DNA of 64,000 nucleotides, from positions 1 to 64,000 of the IMG/VR virus record IMGVR_UViG_3300006092_000342; one strand, written 5' to 3'. Below, piece after piece: positions 29,501 to 38,641 of this stretch. Source of the stretch: a virus. Taxonomy: Duplodnaviria; Caudoviricetes. A program made the position numbers and the translations under genes. Positions within the stretch are counted from its first letter, which is position 1. Every line of letters starts with the position of its first letter. Under the pieces are notes generated by a model that did not search any database, had not been told where the DNA came from, and saw only the letters and a list, made by a program, of their open reading frames with translations.

Positions 29501-32500
29501 GTAAGCCTCCCGTATAAGCTACGTTCTTAAAAGCAGGAGAGTTTGTTTTTATCTCTAAAATTTTATTAATTGCAGAATTAACTGCATTCATAAAAGTAAT
29601 TTGATTATTACTACTATAGGGTCTAATTTTAAAATTTGTATTACTTGCATTTAAATCAATACTATTAATAGTTTCACTAGTATTCCAAGTACTATTTCGT
29701 GCTTTTTCTAATAAGAATAAACTCAACTCTTTAAAATCGATTTCATTGCCTGATAAAAAAGAAATATTTTCAATTTCTTCTTGCATATCTAATGCTAAAG
29801 CTTTCTCAAATAATTCTCGTAATTTTTCTCCTGACAATTCTGAAGAATAACCAGGTATATTAGAAAAACCTAAAGAATATGTTTTTTCATCTTCAATCAT
29901 TCCAGGAATTTGGAACCTACTTTGACTACCCAATACTCTTGCCTTTAAATCATTTTTATTAGGTTGTTCCGTAACTATTTTCAAATCCTGCATTTCAATT
30001 TCTCTAACTAGAGGTTTTTCCGATTGCTCTAAATCATACATACCAAAATTACCAAATTTAGCTCCACTAGAATAATATGCATAATCTATACCATTATTTT
30101 GATCATGGAGTTTAAATAATTCAAACTCTAATTTTGCTAAATCCGGGGTTTTATACTGTTGGTAAACCTGAGAAACAAGCATTCCTTGTCGTGCTGCTAA
30201 TTGATCTGGTCTTATTAACTCATTATCTATAGTTCTATAAACTTGGGAAGGTAGAGACCATTTAATCATATACTTTTGAATAGAAGGAGATAAAATTTTA
30301 TATCCTTCTTCGCCTCGAAGATAACCTGCTTGTTGTTCCTCGTGAGCATATACTCCAAATTTAGTAGGTTGAAAAACAACACCTTTAGCTGATAATTCCT
30401 GAATGGTTTTTATGTCTAGGTTAAGTTCGGCTTGGTATAAAGCTTCTTTATCTGAATCCCAATTACTATCAGTTTTTCTTAAAAAGGCAAGACTTCCGTA
30501 TGCAGCACTATCAGTTTCATTATTATTTTCAAAAGCTTTTTTTGAAATTTCTCTGTATAATTCCGGTAATTCTTCTTCAATACTATTTAAAAATGCACTA
30601 CTACTTTTGCTAAATTTATCTTTTAACATAACAAATTTAGCATTTCCTTTCAAATTATTAATTCTACCATCTGTATGAATTTGCTTTAATCGTTTACTTA
30701 TATCTCCATAATCAGAACCAAAATAGGGATGTAAGATTAAAAAACCCAAAGAACTACTTTGATAAAATGTAGTATTATAATACCAGTTTTCAATAAATTC
30801 GGGAGTCACATGAGAAGCAAATAAATTAAAATCAGATTCAACTTCAACAGTTACTGTTTGTTCTTTATAACTAATACCGCCATTATCACTTACATTTCGA
30901 GTTTCTTTTACCTTTTTTAAGCGAGTCTCAAATAAATTTGGCTTTTCGATAAACTCCTTATAAAAATTAGAAAAATTTGTTTGCATATCTTTTGCAATCA
31001 ATTCCAAAACTTTATCCTGTTTTTCCAATAAAAGAGTTCTGTAATTATTAAAATATTCAGGACTTAAATCAGTCACAGTTAATTCTGATTTTCCGAAAAT
31101 TAACTCGTTCATCCCTGGAATAAGAAACCCTTTAATTTTATTTTTATTAAAGTTTTTATCTTCTAACTTAGAAAATAAATAATCAAGTTCTGCCTGAACT
31201 AAACCAAAGCTCTTATTAATAATTTCTTTATTATCCAAAAAAGGAGCTTGTAGTAAATATGCAGTAGGACTGTCACTTAAATTACCTATCCAAAAATTAC
31301 CTAAATATTCTTTAGAATTTTTAGCCTGAATTCCTATATTTATCAAATCTATAACTCTTTCTGTAGTACTAAGATTTTCCCAACTTTTTTCTACTTTTTT
31401 ATTACCTCCATATTTTTTTAAATCGAATTGAGGATGACTGCTTAAAACTAAATCAAGTAATGGATTATATCGTAAGCCAAATAATTTTTTATAATAGGAA
31501 GAAACTAAACTTGGATTTTTTAATACTGCTTTAAATTTACGTAATAAAAAATTAGGTTGATGATAACTTTGTCTTTGATTATTTTCTGAATCTTTATAAC
31601 TAGTTAAATATTGTTTATTACCCGCACTAGAAAGTACACTTGCTAAACTATTTATTAATTTACGAGCTTCCGAATTATCTCCTCTTATAAAGTCATATTG
31701 ATAATTATTCTTTTGTAGACTTAAAGCTAAATCGCTAAGTGTTGCAAGAAAAGGAGAAATAGTAGTCGTTTTAAAACCTACTATATTTTTACGGCCAGGT
31801 TCTTTAAATCCATAAGCCATGTTTTTAATATTCTGTTCATTTATATTAAAACCTAATTTTTGAAAAACTTGTGGAATTATATCAAAGAAATTTCGAGTAG
31901 TAACACTTCCAGCAGATGTATAAGTTCCAACCGCTTTTAAAACCCAATCTATATCTTTTTTTAAAAGATCTTTAGAAATCCGTTCTCCTGTAGAATCAAA
32001 GCCATAATATTCCACAGATTGCATCATAATATTTGCAAATGACTTTTCATTATATACAATATTCGAACTTCCTATTAAAAAGTCGTTATTCTTATAGCTA
32101 TATCGATAAATTTCTTCTAAGAAGTGTAATTGTCCTATTCCTTCCCAAAGTTCTGTTTCTAACAAGGACTTTCCTAATTCTTTTTCTTCTTGTAATTTAA
32201 AACGCAGAACTTTCAACCAAGGATCTCCTTTTTCAGATAAATCTTGTAATTTACTTAACATTTCTTCAATACTATTACTGCTATTTAATTGTCGTAATAG
32301 GGATTCAACTCGATCCTTTAAATTGAAATTAAACGTAAATAAATTAGAAATTTTATTATAAGAAACTCCTTTTAAATTACGAACATCAGTTTGTTTTACA
32401 ATTTTCTTAGTTTCTCCTTGCAAAACATAATTATTAGGATCTCCTTCTACATTGTCTGCAGAAATAGTATCAGGAATATTATAGAGTAAAACCCTAAGAT

Positions 32501-35303
32501 TAATTCCTAGTTTTTGAATTACATCTGCTTCAGTTTCTTTTACTATTCCTAGTTTATCCTGTTCTAAATCGTAAATATCATAGTTTATCTTTAAACCGTA
32601 GCTATTTGCTAAATCTGCTCGTAAATCAGCATGGAGTGCCGGTTCATTCATTAGTCTTAAAAGAGACTCTAACTTAGAAATGTCGCTTTGATTTAACTCG
32701 TTATTTTGCTTGGCAAGATCTCGAATTATACTTCGAATATGGTTTTTAACATCATCATATAAATCTTCTAAGCTATTGCTGATATCATAAGTATCATCTC
32801 CTTTTAAATTATTAATTAATTTTAATGTATTTAATTTAAAATTAATACTATTCCCATCTAGAATCTCCGGCAAATAATTCCTGTTAATAATATTTACAGC
32901 TTCTTTTCTTCTTTCATTATTTAATGCCGAATATTCAGGAGATAAACTATATCTCACACCTTCTGATATTTTTTTTGGCTTTACATTCTTATAATATCCT
33001 GAATGAAAGCGATCACTAAACAATTGAATTGCATCTCTTTGATTAAAAAGGGTATTTAGAATTTCTTTCAAAATTGCAATAAACCGTTTAATAAATCCAT
33101 CAGGTAAATCTCTTGGATCTGCTCTAACAATCTGCATTAAAGCTTCCTCTAATTCAATTTCACTTGTTAAAGGAATTCCTGTACGTTCCGCTACCTCTAA
33201 GAATAATTGTTTTTGTTGTTCCGGACTTAACTGATCAAATATAGCATGACCGAATTCTTCTTTTAAAACTCCTGTACTAATAAAATCTTTAGCAAAACCT
33301 ACCATTTTGGTTCCTCTATCAAAATATCCATTATAGAGATCTTCAATAAGTTTATCATAAAATGTAATCTCAAATCCTGGGAAATTTTGCTGGGCCCAAA
33401 CTCTAGCTTGATCTACTGATAAAGTTTCTTGATCAATAGTTGAACTAAATAAAGGTTTTATTAAATCAGATTTAGGCTTAACCTGTTCCGTCCAAAATGT
33501 AAGATCTCCTGTAGGTCGATCATCTGCTAAATTAGTAATTAATACTCCATACTTGTAGATATAATTTTTTAAGTATTTTTGATTATTAAAATGTTCAACA
33601 CTAACTTGACTTCTTTTATTAGATAAAGTAGTAGGTTCCCCTAGATTATTTATTACAATATTAGTATCTTCTTGAAAAAATTTTTGATACAACGCATCTG
33701 CATTATCTCCAAATTCAGTTTTTTTGTAATCGCTTTTATATTTTTTGGCCGCAGTTAAAATATCTACAAAATCTTTTGTTATAATTTCTTGCATTCCTAT
33801 AAATTCTCGAAGTGCTTGAATTACATTAATAGGAGCTTCTGCAAATAATGAACTATAAACCTCTCCGGATATTTTAGGATTAACTGTTTTAAGATAATTT
33901 TTTAAATTTTCTTTAGTGGGTTCAATTCCTTGGGAATCTGCATAAATTTCAAACTGAATATTATATCTAGAATAAACACCTTCATTATTCCAAATTTTAT
34001 CTACCCAACGATTTTGCATATAATCTTTACCATCATTGAATTTAATGGTAGAATTATCTACAACATTTATAATTTGATATTTACCTTCGATCTTAACTAC
34101 ATCATAATTAATATCCCCTCGAAATATTTTTTTTATAATACCTTCAAACCGCTTTGCAAAAATTGGATTATCTCCCCATGATTTTGTGATCATCCGAATT
34201 GGGAAATAATGCTGTCCTTTTTCTACATAACTTTTTCCTGTATTAATATTGCTTGGTAATAGCAAATGAACATCTCCATTATTTAAGTTGTAAAATAAAG
34301 ATTGATCTTCTATAAGATTTCCATTATTCAATTCTAAGTACTGACTCCCTGGATCTTTATCCTTTCGTCTTACAATACCTAATAACGGAACTACCTCTTT
34401 ATTAAACCAGGACAGTACACTCAAATTCTTGAATTTTTGTTGGACTTGTTTTTGAGCTCCTGGAGTATCTTTTGAAACCAGATTTCCTTCTTGATCTGTA
34501 TAAATTTCTTCATAATTAATTCTACGATTAAATCCTGCTAGAAATTTAACTTCTTCTGTAACTGCAGGACTGTAATGAATAATATCATTATTAGTAACAA
34601 TACCATCGGTTTCTCCAATTTTCTTTTTATACTCAATTGCTTTTTTTTGCAAAGCTTGTCTTAATGCCTGATTTGATTGATTAGTAGCCCCTGCAAATTC
34701 ATGAAAACTTCCAACATATTTGACTTGTGCTTTACCTTCTTCTAATAAAGTTCGCATCAATTTAAAATCTTGTGTAACTTCTAAAGGGTATGGATTATTA
34801 GAAGTATCTGTAAATACTACAGCTGTAAGTTTTGTAAATCGTAATTTATCAGAATTTTCTCTAGCAAGAGTTCTGAAATTTAAAAAACCATACTCTTGGT
34901 TATAAGGAGTTTTTTCGCTATAAATAAAATGAACAGGAGTTCCTGATTTAAACTGAGCACTATTTACAAAATCCTGGCCCTCTCGATGTAATTGTAATGT
35001 AGGTGCATCTAAACTAGCAGGAGCTTCCAAATTAACTACTTGGAAGTCTTTACCACTATTATAAAAAAAGCGGTCTTTACTATGAATTTGAGTTAATACA
35101 GGTTGATTTCTTTGGAGTAATCCATTTTGTGTTTGTGCTATTAAATTACTTTGAGAATTAGCATGAAGCTGTATGAACTGTTCTTTAGACAAAAAATCAT
35201 AAACATCTGCATTCTGTGTAACAAAATCTAATGCTTTTTTTTTGCTATCAAAACTCTGTGTACCTCCTCCAGGAAGTTTTACAATTTGACAAGGTTGACT
35301 CAT
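26547..35303 (-). CDS. Virion-packaged RNA polymerase polyprotein (crAss/phi14:2 gp66-like)
   Basis: LGSQ, YRIPTE...S, TGFDFDADAL (DxDxD at 29169-29183); N-terminal EEFGH zincin-like domain; C-terminal ASCH-like domain. Confidence 0.88.
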   Translation of the reverse strand: MSQPCQIVKLPGGGTQSFDSKKKALDFVTQNADVYDFLSKEQFIQLHANSQSNLIAQTQNGLLQRNQPVLTQIHSKDRFFYNSGKDFQVVNLEAPASLDAPTLQLHREGQDFVNSAQFKSGTPVHFIYSEKTPYNQEYGFLNFRTLARENSDKLRFTKLTAVVFTDTSNNPYPLEVTQDFKLMRTLLEEGKAQVKYVGSFHEFAGATNQSNQALRQALQKKAIEYKKKIGETDGIVTNNDIIHYSPAVTEEVKFLAGFNRRINYEEIYTDQEGNLVSKDTPGAQKQVQQKFKNLSVLSWFNKEVVPLLGIVRRKDKDPGSQYLELNNGNLIEDQSLFYNLNNGDVHLLLPSNINTGKSYVEKGQHYFPIRMITKSWGDNPIFAKRFEGIIKKIFRGDINYDVVKIEGKYQIINVVDNSTIKFNDGKDYMQNRWVDKIWNNEGVYSRYNIQFEIYADSQGIEPTKENLKNYLKTVNPKISGEVYSSLFAEAPINVIQALREFIGMQEIITKDFVDILTAAKKYKSDYKKTEFGDNADALYQKFFQEDTNIVINNLGEPTTLSNKRSQVSVEHFNNQKYLKNYIYKYGVLITNLADDRPTGDLTFWTEQVKPKSDLIKPLFSSTIDQETLSVDQARVWAQQNFPGFEITFYDKLIEDLYNGYFDRGTKMVGFAKDFISTGVLKEEFGHAIFDQLSPEQQKQLFLEVAERTGIPLTSEIELEEALMQIVRADPRDLPDGFIKRFIAILKEILNTLFNQRDAIQLFSDRFHSGYYKNVKPKKISEGVRYSLSPEYSALNNERRKEAVNIINRNYLPEILDGNSINFKLNTLKLINNLKGDDTYDISNSLEDLYDDVKNHIRSIIRDLAKQNNELNQSDISKLESLLRLMNEPALHADLRADLANSYGLKINYDIYDLEQDKLGIVKETEADVIQKLGINLRVLLYNIPDTISADNVEGDPNNYVLQGETKKIVKQTDVRNLKGVSYNKISNLFTFNFNLKDRVESLLRQLNSSNSIEEMLSKLQDLSEKGDPWLKVLRFKLQEEKELGKSLLETELWEGIGQLHFLEEIYRYSYKNNDFLIGSSNIVYNEKSFANIMMQSVEYYGFDSTGERISKDLLKKDIDWVLKAVGTYTSAGSVTTRNFFDIIPQVFQKLGFNINEQNIKNMAYGFKEPGRKNIVGFKTTTISPFLATLSDLALSLQKNNYQYDFIRGDNSEARKLINSLASVLSSAGNKQYLTSYKDSENNQRQSYHQPNFLLRKFKAVLKNPSLVSSYYKKLFGLRYNPLLDLVLSSHPQFDLKKYGGNKKVEKSWENLSTTERVIDLINIGIQAKNSKEYLGNFWIGNLSDSPTAYLLQAPFLDNKEIINKSFGLVQAELDYLFSKLEDKNFNKNKIKGFLIPGMNELIFGKSELTVTDLSPEYFNNYRTLLLEKQDKVLELIAKDMQTNFSNFYKEFIEKPNLFETRLKKVKETRNVSDNGGISYKEQTVTVEVESDFNLFASHVTPEFIENWYYNTTFYQSSSLGFLILHPYFGSDYGDISKRLKQIHTDGRINNLKGNAKFVMLKDKFSKSSSAFLNSIEEELPELYREISKKAFENNNETDSAAYGSLAFLRKTDSNWDSDKEALYQAELNLDIKTIQELSAKGVVFQPTKFGVYAHEEQQAGYLRGEEGYKILSPSIQKYMIKWSLPSQVYRTIDNELIRPDQLAARQGMLVSQVYQQYKTPDLAKLEFELFKLHDQNNGIDYAYYSSGAKFGNFGMYDLEQSEKPLVREIEMQDLKIVTEQPNKNDLKARVLGSQSRFQIPGMIEDEKTYSLGFSNIPGYSSELSGEKLRELFEKALALDMQEEIENISFLSGNEIDFKELSLFLLEKARNSTWNTSETINSIDLNASNTNFKIRPYSSNNQITFMNAVNSAINKILEIKTNSPAFKNVAYTGGLQTKLIGTPENRGLEVECRIAKWPELIEYQRRKLETSGKNLNDARVWFESDEEIIQELNQIGFLFVSYRIPTEFAYSYIRLKIKDFSPNHSGNGIELSKEMTTQTGFDFDADALFTLISQINYRGDQLQLVSPGLESKAQRQSLYARIYDQVLRKKGNEQRIPGEYNRLDLLAENEKLPNYRPGTLEYNLEYQKLNDLASNAIGPKAVVLTVSTFIKGHFQNKPLSFVKPYPVLDKNYGNSLTNWITDTKEGPIAKLHLLAQGVSAAVNMPKNATLSKLKLNKELSAVLDVMTMMRSTEEYSIKFLQYPVIQDYIAMKDTLAVKYQGWEYFSKLNELKRVLLGISKKDNLEAFLYDEANLLSEISLESLNSKTANSEQVFAKFLLLKDRSVDFSSLTINFQRLTKAQEPRPELIRDMLIELKELSSKFINIENLMPVIQHTNNEFSLKNLTGIPVIDQAAKAFLLKIKTFNAITTYFHPKFIEAITVLDREYLHTLSNSAWLSLNEYMRRAVKSKQVKPLGSLLHLGKRGIAKEDGIYYFPGSLGFVRNYVQNLFNAEDNIKLRGDYNQILSILSYLGYSKNPIYYKEEGFVKETRDLQLISGIFQDSSFIENFEGGFMKMIKSSDPILRQFAEDLRDFSIYKGWSRANNNWGPLIPASVWENYENKFDQDLNTFGVNGFLELAVLNNPEEFLPTISYGKIKKYYTDNNLKNLNLTLGFQIDANSVGVAGKFPKMLSLKLKEVIQVYKHTDSGNYVRINTKGSEGFDDFTPGNVSVIVQPNESTTHLIPENSSTVSTNKKVLPLTSSNLLEEPMDYEMKAENNIYGEDTTTFAAIVKGDRTSTTRGYWHNVVKGNLKSVEDLVGKTIVFTNKQKEKVQVVVDSVHKITKADRENPEFLTQWSKTEGWAAEYLLKETKPGEYQVKFHKKEDPSLENDSINFTQEQLDVINTSLAKIGTPAYTLEQLNNLPQDRKAKALEYYKKCMQ

Positions 35304-38300
35304 ATATTACAAGGTCTAATTAAATTAGAATTTTCAAAAAGTTCATCCAAAGAAACACTATCATTTATTAATGGTATTTCTACACTATCATCAACAGGAA
35401 AATCATCCAAAAATAAAGTTTCATCATTCTGAATCTCTGGAATTTCTTCTTCTCTATTTTCTCCTTGGGAATAAAAAGTATTTATAATGCGTTTTTCAAC
35501 TTCATTACGATCCGGAGATAATACCAAAGCTTTTAAATCTGTAGTATTTTTAACTTGAGATAAAGCTTCTACAAAACTAGAATTTACTCCAGGAACATTA
35601 TTTAACTGGTTAACCAACATAGTGCGTTCTGGCATAAATAAAAAAGAACGTTGAGCTTCACTGTTATTATAACGTTGATCTACCTGTTCTGGTGTTTGGC
35701 TCCCTGCAGCATCTCTTAATCGAGATAGAGCTGCTTTTATAATTGCTTTTTTCTTTTCTTCAAAAAGCTTTTTAGTTTTTGGATCTGAAGTTAAATCTGC
35801 TAAAGATTCATTATAGCCTTTTATTAAACTTTCAAAAGTATCATGGTTTAATTCTTCTCGAAAACCCATAGCATTGTTCACACCTCCTTCTCTAAAAAAG
35901 GAATCTACTTGTCTTTGAAAATGAGCAGTTTCTTGTAAAAATTTAGCTTCATTTTTAGCACTTTTTTTCTGATCTACTAAATTAGAAAGATCCGCAGCTT
36001 CTTGCTCTGTTTGACTTATCTCTGAAATAACAGCTTCCGGAGATTTTCCAGTTTCCTCGACAGCAGTTTCGATAATATGCGCTTTATGTTCATCACTATC
36101 TTTTTTTAGATTTTTATTGTCTTTGATTAAATTAGTTAAAACTTTAGTATATGCTTTAACATAAGCATCATTTAATTTAATATCCTGCTCAATATTACCA
36201 ACTTGAATAGGGTCTCCTTGTGTTTTATTTTTTTGCTCTTCTAAAAATTTACCCACTGATTGAAATTCAGTTAAATTTCCTACAGCTTCAAAAACACGTT
36301 TCCTTAATTCCGGGGTAATATTATAATTTTTATTATTGAGATCTTTAAAAATTCTTTGACTGTAATCATAAGTTTGAGCTGTGCTAGCTAATGCATTTTC
36401 AATTTCACTAAACTGTGCTTTTATATCGTTTTTTGAGATATAGGGCGTACTACTCTTTATATCTAAATCGCCGGTACGCGCTTTTAAAGCTCCCAAAATA
36501 TGTTTAACAGTATCATTATGTTCTACTCCATTTTCCCGAGCTTGATAATATAATTTATTCAAACCCTCTTGTTCTAGAACATGACGCAATTGCCAATCTT
36601 TACTTTGCTCTGCAGCTCCCTTTGCTATTTCATTTTGCATAGCTTCAAAAGCAAATTTTAGATGGCCAATAACATTTTCATCCATATTCAATGGATCCGT
36701 AATTACTGAATTTATTTTGTCTGTATCAATAAATTTCAACTTTTCTTTAATTCCTTTTTGGCGCATTTCTCCAAATCCCCAACGTGCTGCATTAAATCCT
36801 CCGGAAGTAGCCGCGCCTGTTATAAAAGACATTGTTACTTCTGGATCCAGATTATACAAATCTTTAAAAGCAGTTAATCCCCCTCCTATAATAGTCTCCA
36901 TACTAGAATTACTAGCAGAATCTTTACTCCCCTCATATTTAGTAATATCAGTTTGAATACTTTCTTCATAACCTTCTTTACCAAGATCTAACGCGGCTTT
37001 ACCCCAACGACTGGTCCAGGGTGCAAATAATTCATTAGTAATGGGCGCCACTTCTTCCGTAGCATTCCTGGCAGCTATACTGCCATAAGCACGACTCATA
37101 TTAGATTTAGGAAACAAACCTAAAAGCTTATAACTAGCTAAATTGCTCAAACCTAAAATGGCTAGATTAGCTTTTCCCACATTTTCAGCTTTTGCGCGAG
37201 CAATAACTTTAGCTTCTTCCATATCAGAGTCTTCTACAATTTTAGTAGCTTGTTCTGGTGGAATCCCGGTATCTACTAATTCTTTAATTTTAGCTTGAGT
37301 TGCCTCTTGCATGTATTGATCATAAGCCTGGAATTTTTCTAAATCAGCTTCAAATTTAGTACCGCCAATCATGGCCCCTGTACTTCCTATAACTTCTCCG
37401 GTATGTTTACCTCTAGCTGCAGCTTCTTCTAAATCAACAGTAACTTTTCCTACTCGAGACTTAATGTAAGCTTTTATAGAAGGAGATTCAAAATCGGGTT
37501 TATCTATATATTTCTGAAGGGTTTCTTTCCATTTTAAAGTTTCAGCTCTTTGTGCATTTTTTAAGTTTAAATTACCTTTAACGGTCCCTAAACCTTTTCC
37601 AACAGCCCCGGCACCTTTAGTTACTAAAAAGTTAGAAGCATACAATCCTCCCATAAAGCCAATACCACTTTGTAATCCTGAAGCAAAAGTAGAAGCTACC
37701 CATTCAGGATTTTGCCATGAAGGTTCTCCTTCTGGACTTTTAAAATCGACAGTAATATCTTTTTTGAATTTTTCAAAATCTTTAGTGTACTGATCGTTAT
37801 AACTATTTTCAATTAATTGCTTCTCTTCTTGATTATAACTTGGTTGTATCGGAGAAGTTTTTTGTTCCCAAGTATTTTGTCGAACATCATACGCATTTTT
37901 TATAGTTTCTGGACTTGGGAGTTCTCCATTTTTAGCCCACGCACCTAAGAGTTCTTGAGATGCTGAAACCGCAGAACCCACTGCTCCAAATAAATTAAGA
38001 GCACCTCCATATAAATCTTTTAAGGTTTTGGTCACTCCGGGAACACCTCCGGTTACAATATCTTTACCTACACCATACGTACTTTCTACAGTATTTACAG
38101 CAGCTTCAACAAGACCATTGTATCCAATAGCTCCGATAGTTTTTGCACTTCCTAGAAAACTACTCCCATCTGTTACTCCAAAACCGAATTGAGCTTCTAG
38201 ACCTGTATTAGACTCTGGACTTTCCTGTGGATAGATCGGACCTGGAGTTCCTCGAGGAGCTTCCTTATTTAATCTTCGTTGAGTTCTATTATAATTTTCG

Positions 38301-38632
38301 ACTAACTGCTTTCTATCGTATTGACCTATAAGATCCAAATTAAATTTACCGCTTTGTAATGCTTGTATAATTTCAGCTTTGGTACCTTCAATTTTAGTGC
38401 TATCTGCTTTAAAATCGCGGAAACTAGGTATGACAGGATCGTAAATTAAATCATCATAATTTACTTTAGAAGACTCTTTTCTTATCTTAGGATTAATTTC
38501 ATAAATACCTTTGGATCCGTTATTCCCATAAATGATTCCAAATCCCCCATCATCTTTTGGAATAATTTTTAGATCCCCTTTGCCTGTTTTAAAACCTTCG
38601 AAAAGTTTTGATACAATTTCTTCGGGATTCAT
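35300..38632 (-). CDS. Large ejection/cargo protein
   Basis: Gly/Ala-rich amphipathic segments, EGYEESIQ motif, helical C-terminal half; directly upstream of the vRNAP gene. Confidence 0.75.
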   Translation of the reverse strand: MNPEEIVSKLFEGFKTGKGDLKIIPKDDGGFGIIYGNNGSKGIYEINPKIRKESSKVNYDDLIYDPVIPSFRDFKADSTKIEGTKAEIIQALQSGKFNLDLIGQYDRKQLVENYNRTQRRLNKEAPRGTPGPIYPQESPESNTGLEAQFGFGVTDGSSFLGSAKTIGAIGYNGLVEAAVNTVESTYGVGKDIVTGGVPGVTKTLKDLYGGALNLFGAVGSAVSASQELLGAWAKNGELPSPETIKNAYDVRQNTWEQKTSPIQPSYNQEEKQLIENSYNDQYTKDFEKFKKDITVDFKSPEGEPSWQNPEWVASTFASGLQSGIGFMGGLYASNFLVTKGAGAVGKGLGTVKGNLNLKNAQRAETLKWKETLQKYIDKPDFESPSIKAYIKSRVGKVTVDLEEAAARGKHTGEVIGSTGAMIGGTKFEADLEKFQAYDQYMQEATQAKIKELVDTGIPPEQATKIVEDSDMEEAKVIARAKAENVGKANLAILGLSNLASYKLLGLFPKSNMSRAYGSIAARNATEEVAPITNELFAPWTSRWGKAALDLGKEGYEESIQTDITKYEGSKDSASNSSMETIIGGGLTAFKDLYNLDPEVTMSFITGAATSGGFNAARWGFGEMRQKGIKEKLKFIDTDKINSVITDPLNMDENVIGHLKFAFEAMQNEIAKGAAEQSKDWQLRHVLEQEGLNKLYYQARENGVEHNDTVKHILGALKARTGDLDIKSSTPYISKNDIKAQFSEIENALASTAQTYDYSQRIFKDLNNKNYNITPELRKRVFEAVGNLTEFQSVGKFLEEQKNKTQGDPIQVGNIEQDIKLNDAYVKAYTKVLTNLIKDNKNLKKDSDEHKAHIIETAVEETGKSPEAVISEISQTEQEAADLSNLVDQKKSAKNEAKFLQETAHFQRQVDSFFREGGVNNAMGFREELNHDTFESLIKGYNESLADLTSDPKTKKLFEEKKKAIIKAALSRLRDAAGSQTPEQVDQRYNNSEAQRSFLFMPERTMLVNQLNNVPGVNSSFVEALSQVKNTTDLKALVLSPDRNEVEKRIINTFYSQGENREEEIPEIQNDETLFLDDFPVDDSVEIPLINDSVSLDELFENSNLIRPCNI

Positions 38633-38641
38633 ATATAAACT

